From an uncultured virus (IMG/VR IMGVR_UViG_3300036836_000008) (taxonomy: Duplodnaviria; Heunggongvirae; Uroviricota; Caudoviricetes), in the IMG/VR virus record IMGVR_UViG_3300036836_000008: a DNA stretch of 64,000 nucleotides. One strand, written 5' to 3'. A program made the translations under genes and the position numbers. The notes beneath the pieces were generated by a model, which ran no database searches, was not told where the DNA came from, and saw only the letters and a program-made list of their open reading frames with translations. Positions 55,314-64,000 of this stretch are shown in pieces. The stretch's first letter is position 1. Each line of letters starts with the position of its first letter.

Positions 55314-58300
55314 TTACTTGACGTATACGATAGTTAAGACAGGCTCATTACTTTGACCATTACCGTTGAATCTACCGTATTGAGTCTTGCTACCAGATGT
55401 AGGACCAAGAGCGATACCTTTAGAAGCCCCACTCTTGAATTCATTTCCAATAGTAGTTCCCAGACTTACTTTTCTTTTACCTGGCTTCGGCCAGTTTGAA
55501 GAAGATACTCGTTGTTCATTTACACGAGACCCTGCCCAAGAGCCAGGTCGTCCTGTATAATTGTGAGTACCTATCCTAGCTGTTCCGCCATCGTTCCAAT
55601 ACCAGTGATTTGCATACAAAGTAATGTAGCAAGCCTTAATGGTCGCACCCTTAAGATCAGCCATAATCTGCCTATAATCGAAGCCCATAAGAGATCTAGC
55701 ATCATTTAGCCAGCTATCGTAACCAGAGTCTCCCTGCACCATGGTATTTCCATGAGATGAAGAGTAATCTCCATTAGAACGATATGTGCCAGACCAAGTA
55801 CATGAGTAGTTCTTGGTGTAGGTAATCTTAGGCTTAGGTGCTGGTGGCTTTTCTGCTGCTGGAATTGGGGCTGGTGCATTATATTCATCTACACCGGCAT
55901 CATTTACAATAACAGTGTTAGTCTGAGGCATACCTACGTCCTCAACCCAGATAAGTGTTGTAGATTCCACACCAGATGCTCCAAGAGCATTCACAACAGC
56001 ATTAGCTCCAGCAACACCTACAGCATAGAAAGACCACAAAATTCTATGTAACCCTGGTGTAAACGTACCGGCATAGATGATCTGTGCCCCCATGTTGGAG
56101 TTAGCTCCAACGGCCGGAGCAGTAATGGACTGCTGAATATGAGGTAGAGCTAGAGTAGGTTGATTTTCCCCTCCATCACGTAAACGCATAGACAGTCGTG
56201 CACCATCAACAGTAGATTCCCATTCTGTTACAGCACAGATCATGTAAGTACGAGATTCCTCAGCAATAAAGCTGATCTCCAGGAATCCTCGCTCTACACC
56301 AGGACCACCACCAGGATAAGGCTCGCTATAAGTGCCTATAGCAATAACACCTCTACCGATAGGGTCGATAATTTCTTCCTTAAGCAAAGCGCCATTCATA
56401 GTGATGTCATTTGCTACAGAAATACTCTGGAAAGATCCCCTACCTGTACCATCAATACCAGCCAGTGTAGCGGTAGGATCTTCCAGATCCTTAATTAGCA
56501 GGAAGTTTCCATTAGTTCCTGGATTACCTAGTAGAGAAACTGTAGGATCATCTTCTTCAGAGAAGATTCGGAATCCTTCAAAGTTCATTTCTGCTCTAGC
56601 GCCAGATTCAGCAGTCTTAATGACTCCTGCTAGAATAATGGATGAACTGATAGTACCAGCAGTAATCTTAGATGCAGTCAAATCACTGATATGCGCATCA
56701 TCAATGAGATTGATAGTAGAAGTAACTGCGTTAGATGGTGAAGATTTGTTTCCTGCACGATCTACAGCGATAACTCTAACCCAAACATCCTCAGTATTCT
56801 CCAAGGAGAAGGTCTGAATGACCGGGGTACCTGAGCGAATTAAGCCCTGGTCAGCAATTACCTTACCAACCATGGTTTCTTCAGAAGGATAAAAAGCTGG
56901 ACCACCTACATGCACTTCTAGATGTGCCATGTCTGGTGGCAGATTGAATGTACCACCAGTAGCTTGCCCTAGATAGTGTGTAATCTGCACACCAAGCATG
57001 CTTGAAGCAACTACAGGAGGAGCAGGGCGAGGTGGAGCGATGGTATCGCTTTGTGCCTCAAAGGTGAAAGTAGGAGACCAATCAGAAAAGTGCTGTGGTG
57101 TAGATGAGTCTACTGCACGAATTTGAATTTCGTACACTACTCCAGGAGTTAATTCTTGGATAACGGTAGATAATTCATCAAATCCTACATAAAGAATCTG
57201 CCAACCAGCATTAGTAATAGGTGGAATAGTAGGCTGTCCCCAGGTGTATACTTCATCCCAGGTTAATCCTTCTACTTCACCCCAGGTAGCAGAATAGTCC
57301 GCAGTCACATCTGGACGGTACCTCAACTCGAAATGATGTCCATCTGTAATAACAGACCCATCTGTGTTAGTAGGTAAAGTCCATGAGATTTCTGCCTGAG
57401 CACGCACAGATACGCCATCAGCAGGATAGTATACATTGCTGTATACTGTAGTGAATTCTGGAGTTGACGGAACAGTCTTATCTCCTGGTGCTACTGGCAC
57501 CCAAAAACCATTGCTGAAAGTTAATACATCTCCATCAACAGGATTAGGAATTACTACATCACGCAATCCTGCTAGAGTTACTTGTTCAATTAAAGTAGCA
57601 GCACTAATAGCACTACCGAGGGATGTGCCTCCGGCAGCGCTAGATGCAGATAGATTATCTACAGCGGCTTTTAGTCTTTCAGCTAACAATTCCATTCTTG
57701 ATTGTAGAGTAAGTTCAACAAGAGTATCACCATCGATAAGCTGGATAGCAATACCTACAACTCTCCACTGAGCTGCGGCTACTTGTCCACGAGAATTAAC
57801 AGTTTCTACTGTAATCCAATCGCCTACATCGTAGTCTACAAATGGACGTCTGCCCTGCTGGTCGAAGGTAACCCCAACTCTCCAAGAAGATTTCTCATCC
57901 TTAAGATCCTGCAATGAGGAATCAAGAACTTGAGCTAGTGAAGTCAGGTCATTTGCATTTCCAGCAGAAATAAAAGCCTCACGACGCTGAAATGCACTAA
58001 TAGACTCGCTATCTTCGACATAAGCATACTGCCCAGCAGCATTCTTACCTACAATAGCATTAGCTATGCCTTCACGATTACGAGTTCTATCCTTAGAGAC
58101 CTGAGATCCTGCTTCATGGAATACTACATCCTCCTTAGTAAAATATACTGGAGGAATAGTAACATCTTCTTTTGTTTTCTGATAAGCCTTTAAGACGAAA
58201 TCAGGCTCCATAATCCAATCAGCCTGCTGAACCTGAGTTAATGTCTGAAGGGCTTGAGATAGTTTAGTGCCTTCAGAGACATCGATATCAGGTTTGCCGA

Positions 58301-59867
58301 TCCAAGCTAATCCACGTGAATCAACTTCATCAGTAAAATCTAGGGTTACATAAGGAATAACGCCTCTACCCTGGGCAGCTTCAAGTAACCCACGAAACTT
58401 CTGCATAGTAGTTTGCGTAGTCGGAATATTAGCATTGTTAAGCTGGAATAGATAAGCAGAGATAGGAGGAGCTACACCAGTAGGCCCAGCAATTTCTACA
58501 GTGAACTGTAAAATTACTTTATTGTTAGGCCAATTGTATGCAGAGCGGAATCTCTCAGTCCATGTAGAGTTATCTGGTGAGGTATCAAAAACGATTTCAC
58601 CATTATCTTCACGAATTCTCCAGTACCTCTGCTCTGAAGTGGAATATTGCCACTCTTCCTGGGCTACTTCATTGTTGTTGACAACTTCAGCTACAAGACG
58701 ATGATTGTTACCAATTCTCTGAGTATACATTCTAGCCATGTGAGTACGATCAAGAGTCTGGTATTCCAGGTCTTCAATAATGTCAGGTGCGTGGCCTACA
58801 ATCATTGCTGTGGTAGCCTGACCACCACTAGTGGTGGTAGATGGAAGTGGCTCAACTCCAACAGACACACCTGAATCAACAATATCCCAGGCTCCGCGCG
58901 CAGTTAAGCTATTGCTTCCAGCTTCGGTAAGAGTCATTCTAAGATGACCGTAGTTATCATCCTCAGGCAATTCTCCAATAAAGTTCTTAATCTGTGTCTG
59001 ACGAGCAATTTCAGCAGTATTAGCAGCAATGAGTTTGTTAGTTTTATCCAGCTCTAATTTAGCAGCATTAAGTTGCTTAAGAGCTTCGGCCTTCTCTGCG
59101 GCTGTAGAGCCGCTATCCTTCATTACTAATCCATAATCAGCTACTTCATCGTTGTACTGATCGATGTCATTGTCTTTTTGCTCAAGAAGTTGAGCTTTTT
59201 CTTGGTTTAGTCTATCCAAGTTCTGTTCTGCTTCTCGGCGCATACCTAGAGAAGTATAAGACATACCTTTGATAGCAATCCATAGATCATTGTTCAATGC
59301 CTCGCCAGAGAAGTCATCTTGGAATGTCTCAAGCTTAAAGGTAATGTCGTCAGGGAAACCAACAGGGTATACGGATGCCCACTCAAGCACACGAGCAATC
59401 CCAGATCCGGTTACAGTAACTGTTTTGACTTCATTAGCATTTAGCATGGAATCTGCTACAGCAGTACCTAGTGCTTGAAATACTACTCTACCATCAAATC
59501 TGATTTCCCATAGATTTTCGTGATCGATTAATGTTTCTACATTGTATCCACTAGTCTGCCTCATTAAAGGATGATTCATGTCTAATGAAAATGAAGCGGC
59601 ACCGATTGCGCTTAATTCTTTAGAAAAAGTCAATGATGTCATATCAGTAGTTCTTAATAGAACTGTCTGGAAATCAAAATGGGCACGACAAATCAACTCC
59701 CATCCTACACTTCCGTAAGGAGTTTCCTCCTCAGACATCTGAGCACTAAGTGAGAATGGAAGTCTTTTAGGCAATACTCCAGTCAACCCATAGGCTTTTG
59801 TTTCAGCAGGTCTTACCAAACCGCCTAATGCGAATGGAATCCTATGAGGTAGTGATGCTAGACTCAT
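55314..59867 (-). CDS. large minor tail protein (Tal/host-recognition, Fn3-like domains)
   Basis: 1517 aa after Dit; D..GD.I, Fn3-like Y...RAVD repeats, ASKITAGTI. Confidence 0.8.
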   Translation of the reverse strand: MSLASLPHRIPFALGGLVRPAETKAYGLTGVLPKRLPFSLSAQMSEEETPYGSVGWELICRAHFDFQTVLLRTTDMTSLTFSKELSAIGAASFSLDMNHPLMRQTSGYNVETLIDHENLWEIRFDGRVVFQALGTAVADSMLNANEVKTVTVTGSGIARVLEWASVYPVGFPDDITFKLETFQDDFSGEALNNDLWIAIKGMSYTSLGMRREAEQNLDRLNQEKAQLLEQKDNDIDQYNDEVADYGLVMKDSGSTAAEKAEALKQLNAAKLELDKTNKLIAANTAEIARQTQIKNFIGELPEDDNYGHLRMTLTEAGSNSLTARGAWDIVDSGVSVGVEPLPSTTTSGGQATTAMIVGHAPDIIEDLEYQTLDRTHMARMYTQRIGNNHRLVAEVVNNNEVAQEEWQYSTSEQRYWRIREDNGEIVFDTSPDNSTWTERFRSAYNWPNNKVILQFTVEIAGPTGVAPPISAYLFQLNNANIPTTQTTMQKFRGLLEAAQGRGVIPYVTLDFTDEVDSRGLAWIGKPDIDVSEGTKLSQALQTLTQVQQADWIMEPDFVLKAYQKTKEDVTIPPVYFTKEDVVFHEAGSQVSKDRTRNREGIANAIVGKNAAGQYAYVEDSESISAFQRREAFISAGNANDLTSLAQVLDSSLQDLKDEKSSWRVGVTFDQQGRRPFVDYDVGDWITVETVNSRGQVAAAQWRVVGIAIQLIDGDTLVELTLQSRMELLAERLKAAVDNLSASSAAGGTSLGSAISAATLIEQVTLAGLRDVVIPNPVDGDVLTFSNGFWVPVAPGDKTVPSTPEFTTVYSNVYYPADGVSVRAQAEISWTLPTNTDGSVITDGHHFELRYRPDVTADYSATWGEVEGLTWDEVYTWGQPTIPPITNAGWQILYVGFDELSTVIQELTPGVVYEIQIRAVDSSTPQHFSDWSPTFTFEAQSDTIAPPRPAPPVVASSMLGVQITHYLGQATGGTFNLPPDMAHLEVHVGGPAFYPSEETMVGKVIADQGLIRSGTPVIQTFSLENTEDVWVRVIAVDRAGNKSSPSNAVTSTINLIDDAHISDLTASKITAGTISSSIILAGVIKTAESGARAEMNFEGFRIFSEEDDPTVSLLGNPGTNGNFLLIKDLEDPTATLAGIDGTGRGSFQSISVANDITMNGALLKEEIIDPIGRGVIAIGTYSEPYPGGGPGVERGFLEISFIAEESRTYMICAVTEWESTVDGARLSMRLRDGGENQPTLALPHIQQSITAPAVGANSNMGAQIIYAGTFTPGLHRILWSFYAVGVAGANAVVNALGASGVESTTLIWVEDVGMPQTNTVIVNDAGVDEYNAPAPIPAAEKPPAPKPKITYTKNYSCTWSGTYRSNGDYSSSHGNTMVQGDSGYDSWLNDARSLMGFDYRQIMADLKGATIKACYITLYANHWYWNDGGTARIGTHNYTGRPGSWAGSRVNEQRVSSSNWPKPGKRKVSLGTTIGNEFKSGASKGIALGPTSGSKTQYGRFNGNGQSNEPVLTIVYVK

Positions 59868-59884
59868 GGTCTTTCACTCCTATA

Positions 59885-60706
59885 TTAGACGATTGCAAGT
59901 TTCTTTACTCGCATGTAAGATGATCCACGAATGATAGTTGCAGTAGCATTGGAAGTATTCTGAGCATGACGGAACACTACGGTTCCGCCAGTAGCGCTTG
60001 TAGTAATAATGAATCTTTCCTGAATGCTTACTGGTGCGCCAGGCTCAGCAGAGGCAAGACCGTACCCGATTTCACCAGAGAAGGTATACGCACCTAAGTT
60101 AACAGTAGCGTTATTACGGTTTGTAATGCTTGTAGCCGGACCAAATACACTACGTGTTCCTGAAGCTCCTGATGGCACACCCCAAGCAATTCTTACGTCT
60201 CCACCTGCAACTCCAGAAACTACAGCAAACAATTCTACTGCATAGCGGCTGTTAGCTTCAGCGGTGAATTTCAGAACAGTGTCATCGTTCAAAGTAGTAT
60301 CAGATGAATAGCTCTGATCTACATCCTTAAAGATAAGCCATTCTTCATCCCAAGCAGACACAGGTAGCCCATGTACTGCTCCAGGAGTTTCGGTTGCCAT
60401 ATGATCCTGAGGTTCCTGAAAATCACGAGCAGATACTCCGTGAACAATAACAGATCCCGCAGCATGACTTTTAGCTGTAGTACCATCTTGAGCACGAGTG
60501 ACAAGTAAGACTCCTGGTGAGCCAGGCTTTGGTCCTGTTACAGTAACTAATTCTTCGTTTGATGTGTCAGGCTCTAATCTAAGTGTGTAAGGGTACTGGC
60601 CTGGGAAGCCTGTAGTTGAAGTAGGTGTCAATTCTGTAGCGCCGACAGAGATTCCTCCGATGTCGGCTAAGGTAGTAAGTACTGCTACATTGCTGTAATA
60701 TCTCAT
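59885..60706 (-). CDS. minor tail protein
   Basis: E.V.VT....L.VTRAQDGT.A..H.AG motif. Confidence 0.75.
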   Translation of the reverse strand: MRYYSNVAVLTTLADIGGISVGATELTPTSTTGFPGQYPYTLRLEPDTSNEELVTVTGPKPGSPGVLLVTRAQDGTTAKSHAAGSVIVHGVSARDFQEPQDHMATETPGAVHGLPVSAWDEEWLIFKDVDQSYSSDTTLNDDTVLKFTAEANSRYAVELFAVVSGVAGGDVRIAWGVPSGASGTRSVFGPATSITNRNNATVNLGAYTFSGEIGYGLASAEPGAPVSIQERFIITTSATGGTVVFRHAQNTSNATATIIRGSSYMRVKKLAIV

Positions 60707-60766
60707 TATTCTCCATTTAAGCTATGGTTGCTTTTATGCAACTCCTGGTGTCTTAAGCTTCCACGC

Positions 60767-61606
60767 TTACAGGTATGCAGGTCGAAACTTCAGCACTACA
60801 TCACCTGAGCTATTTCCTAAAGATGTTAGTTTTAGGGTGTTGTCTCCCTTATTCAGTCTCATCCAATACTGATTTCCTGAATGGGATACTGAGCCTACAA
60901 GATTACTATTATCGAAGGTGTTAACAACTGTAAACTCACCAACATCTACAAGTACATCATCGGCAATTACTGCGGTGTTCAATCTCATCCACACATTAGG
61001 CTCTACTGTCTCATTAACAATAGTTGGTGAAACCAGTTCTCCATTAAATGTCATATTAATTGTTTTAGACACCGCAATATCGCCAGGGTTGTTCACTACT
61101 ACCGGGACATCTGGATCTAAATTAACAATTAATTCTGGCCCGTAGAACCACGGATCTGCGAGAAGCAGGTCTACAGCAAAATCTGCTCGTGTACGCCCAG
61201 TCATGGTAGGGTCCATGGTTCCGGCCAACTCACATAAAGCAGATGCCTCACGCAACACAGGAGTTCCTGCATTCTCCCACCATCTACGAGTAAGAGTTAG
61301 CTGTTCTCCTGGAGACCAGAAAAGTTGCTGAAGTGTGCGCCAGTTATCGTTGAATTGAACAACCTGATTAGTAGATGGCTGGTCTAGATCTGGGTCGATA
61401 CCAGCCACCCACATAGCTAATGTAATAACTCTGGAATCAGCTTTCTTTTCTCGAAAGTTCCTACCTTCCTTGTTAGGAATTAAGGTGTTATCTCCACGGA
61501 GTTTAGGAACTGCCCAGCGTGATCCTCCTACAGTCTTAATAGACCAGCAGTACTGGTTAAGAGATACTCCGTTGATATCCCAGAATTCTTCAGAGCTGTT
61601 ACTCAT
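60767..61606 (-). CDS. distal tail protein (Dit)
   Basis: follows TMP; R.ITL, DPWFY, NPGD, L..G.N.L, F.PAYL. Confidence 0.8.
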   Translation of the reverse strand: MSNSSEEFWDINGVSLNQYCWSIKTVGGSRWAVPKLRGDNTLIPNKEGRNFREKKADSRVITLAMWVAGIDPDLDQPSTNQVVQFNDNWRTLQQLFWSPGEQLTLTRRWWENAGTPVLREASALCELAGTMDPTMTGRTRADFAVDLLLADPWFYGPELIVNLDPDVPVVVNNPGDIAVSKTINMTFNGELVSPTIVNETVEPNVWMRLNTAVIADDVLVDVGEFTVVNTFDNSNLVGSVSHSGNQYWMRLNKGDNTLKLTSLGNSSGDVVLKFRPAYL

Positions 61607-61618
61607 ATCCTACCCTCC

Positions 61619-64000
61619 TTAGAAAAGTAGCTGTGTTCTGTAAAGAGCATTTCTGATGGAATCTCCACCACGCTCAGGTGCAGGGTTATTAATAATAATG
61701 TCGCCAAAAGTAGTTCCATTATCTGTTGAATTGTTTACTACGCTGCTGGCCGCAGGTGATAGTGATCTAGGTGTTGACGGCAATGGAGTATTCATACTTG
61801 GCAACCCTCCACCGATATTCATCATATTCATAAGATCAACCAAACCACCTTGACGGAATGCCCAGTGTAGGTGCGCATTCCCGCCAGCCCAATTGTGCTG
61901 ATTCCAAACAGCTCCAGTATAACGATGAGGCTTACCGTTGTGCAGGTTAAGATCCTGGAATGGAGTAATAAGTTCCTTAGTTCTTGAACCATAGTTCGCT
62001 CTAATCCATGCGGCAACCTCACGGCTAGGGTGAAGGTCAACTGCGCGACCTAATGCGTGGTAAGATCTGTTTCCTGACAAAGTTCTGGAATTTGGTCGGT
62101 ATCCAGAAATTAAAGGCAAACCTGGGAATTGCTTACGCAATACAGTCATCTGCCAACGCCAGCCACCAGAGCCTGAGCCTTCTCCTAGGCCACCCATATT
62201 GGTAGCCCAATCTTTATCGATTAAGGTATTACCAACAGTAGTAGGGAACGGCCACACGGCTCCACCACGTGCAAAGTGATGTCCACCTGTAGCACAAGCT
62301 ACACACTTGCCGCTATGTACTGCTCCACCGGACTTGAAATTAACCATGTTGTCATCAGGTAATGCCTCAGAAATTGCAGCCCTATCCAACTTACGGGTAC
62401 GGATAGCTTCCATAATAGGCATGCCGTAGTACTCGACAGCATCAGTAGGCTGAACGAATTCTCCATTAGACAACCAAGCCTGAATAGAGTCAGATGTTCT
62501 GGTCCCAGCACCCCAAACAGGTCCACCGTTCTTGAATCCTGGAATTCCGTAACCGTCACCCCAACCCTTCATACCGGCCTGAGCCTTATTCTGCTCAACT
62601 TCACGCTGAGCTTCAGTCAAGCTCTTACCGCTCTGCAAGGATGCCTGAAGTGCCTTAAGGTCTTGCATCTGCTGCCATACAGCAGCATAGTTGGTTACCT
62701 TAAGGTTGGTTGCAACATCCTCAGGAACATCTCCATAAGTATCGATAAGTTTCTTGGTTTCCTTATTGGTACCAAAAGCCTTATCTGCTTCCTTCTGAAG
62801 CTCCTTAATTCTGTCACGGTGACGCTTAGTAGCTTCTTCCATAGGAACACCAGATGCGATATCCTGTAGATAAAGTTCACGAGTAGCCTGAGCGGCAGCC
62901 TGTAGCGCATCACGATTACGTAGACCTTCACGAGTCTTTCTGCTTAAAGACTTGCCGTTAGATTCTACGGCATCCCTTAAGGTTAAAAGACTTGATTGCC
63001 AGGTTTCAGAAGCTTCGTTTGCACTGATTAGTACACCCTTCTCCTGGTTGATGATATCGCGCAATGCGCGAGACCTATCCGCAGCAGTAGATGTAGCACT
63101 AGACATGACATCCAGTGCATTAGACAAAGTAGTAATTCTACTTTGAACTTCACCGATAGCTACAGAATTATCTACCTGACCTTGAGTCATTCCAGCTAGG
63201 CGCTCCTGATATGTCAAGGACATACTGGATGCACGCTCAAGCACCTTAGTTTGAGTATCCTGAGCATTAGCTACTTCATTAATAGAATCCTTGAACTTCT
63301 GAGCTTCGATACGCTGCTCGCGGAATGGCAATGCCGCAGTAGGTCCACCAGCATCAAATGCAGCGATCCTTAGGCGTTCCAAGTTTGCGATCTGTGCATC
63401 AAGTACAGAATTAACTCTGTTAAGATCCTGCTCTTGGTTGTTTAGGGCACCAGAAACTGTGCGCAGAGTAAGTCCATACTGCGCAGCATTTCCAGCAATG
63501 TCACGGAACTTCTCATTAGTTTCCGCTAGGTTATTAACGTTTTCTGTATTTCCTTGTGAAAGATCTCCATATGCATTCTTCAATGCTAGGAATGCTTCTT
63601 TAGTATCCCTAGCTTCTTGCTTCTGATCGTTAAGTTTTCCAATCAATGCTCCAGCGGCTACTGTAGCTCCGATAAGAGCTAGTCCCCATGGACCTCCTAG
63701 TAGACTTGTCAATCCACTAAGTGCACCTCGTGCCAAACTACCTGCACTGCGTACACCATTTAATGCACGACTAAACCCGACAACCTGAGGTGTTGCACGA
63801 GAAGCAGCATTTCCAGTAGCTTCCGTAGCACGTCCCGCGCCACCATCAACTCCTCCAAGAGGAGTTGGAATCCTATTAGGCAGATTTGATTGTCCTGTAG
63901 TCTGCAAACCAGCTACTCCGCGAGCAGCATCAGCAAATGCACCAGACAGGTTTCCTCTGTTACGAGACATCCAAGTAAAGAAATCCCACAGCTTGAACAA
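61619..64000 (-). CDS. tape measure protein (3' part) with C-terminal M15-like peptidase domain
   Basis: Ala-rich helical repeats, GG.V.G.GT.TSDSI.A.LSNGEFV, SGYR..SYH..GRAVD...HLH. Confidence 0.85.
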   Translation of the reverse strand: MFKLWDFFTWMSRNRGNLSGAFADAARGVAGLQTTGQSNLPNRIPTPLGGVDGGAGRATEATGNAASRATPQVVGFSRALNGVRSAGSLARGALSGLTSLLGGPWGLALIGATVAAGALIGKLNDQKQEARDTKEAFLALKNAYGDLSQGNTENVNNLAETNEKFRDIAGNAAQYGLTLRTVSGALNNQEQDLNRVNSVLDAQIANLERLRIAAFDAGGPTAALPFREQRIEAQKFKDSINEVANAQDTQTKVLERASSMSLTYQERLAGMTQGQVDNSVAIGEVQSRITTLSNALDVMSSATSTAADRSRALRDIINQEKGVLISANEASETWQSSLLTLRDAVESNGKSLSRKTREGLRNRDALQAAAQATRELYLQDIASGVPMEEATKRHRDRIKELQKEADKAFGTNKETKKLIDTYGDVPEDVATNLKVTNYAAVWQQMQDLKALQASLQSGKSLTEAQREVEQNKAQAGMKGWGDGYGIPGFKNGGPVWGAGTRTSDSIQAWLSNGEFVQPTDAVEYYGMPIMEAIRTRKLDRAAISEALPDDNMVNFKSGGAVHSGKCVACATGGHHFARGGAVWPFPTTVGNTLIDKDWATNMGGLGEGSGSGGWRWQMTVLRKQFPGLPLISGYRPNSRTLSGNRSYHALGRAVDLHPSREVAAWIRANYGSRTKELITPFQDLNLHNGKPHRYTGAVWNQHNWAGGNAHLHWAFRQGGLVDLMNMMNIGGGLPSMNTPLPSTPRSLSPAASSVVNNSTDNGTTFGDIIINNPAPERGGDSIRNALYRTQLLF

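Noticed and set aside
27..63626. All plus-strand ORFs in the track
   Set aside because: Antisense shadows of minus-strand genes or tRNAs, with no recognisable motifs
1..64000. Stop-codon recoding
   Set aside because: Core genes are intact in the standard code, all three stops are used, and no suppressor anticodon was seen

Overview
A 64-kb segment of a large, tailed dsDNA actinobacterial phage, probably siphovirus-like; several secreted proteins point to a Micromonosporaceae/Streptomyces-like host (inference). Essentially all genes are on the minus strand. From the right end: tail module (partial tape measure, Dit, minor tail proteins, holin); replication/recombination module (SNF2 helicase, WhiG/FliA-like sigma factor, dUTPase, DnaB, primase Zn-finger, delta'/delta clamp-loader-like subunits, family A polymerase, dNMP kinase, SSB, endonuclease VII, RecA); then about 33 kb of accessory DNA. 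That region holds most of the 28 recognisable tRNAs, many small ORFs, HNH nucleases, an RNA ligase, a beta clamp, SbcD and a split SbcC. The most unusual content is: (i) roughly 20 non-canonical structured RNAs among the tRNAs (anticodon-less Ala-identity mimics, double-T-arm, D-armless, permuted and kissing-loop RNAs), several starting at sigma70-type promoters; (ii) seven tRNA or tRNA-like genes followed exactly by 'discriminator-C-ATG' and an ORF, suggesting leaderless mRNAs made by tRNA processing; (iii) pseudoknots abutting the RBS of two HNH genes; (iv) a dispersed 24-bp DNA motif in both orientations, duplicated in frame inside the polymerase. RNA folds were read by eye and protein calls come from motif recognition, not searches.
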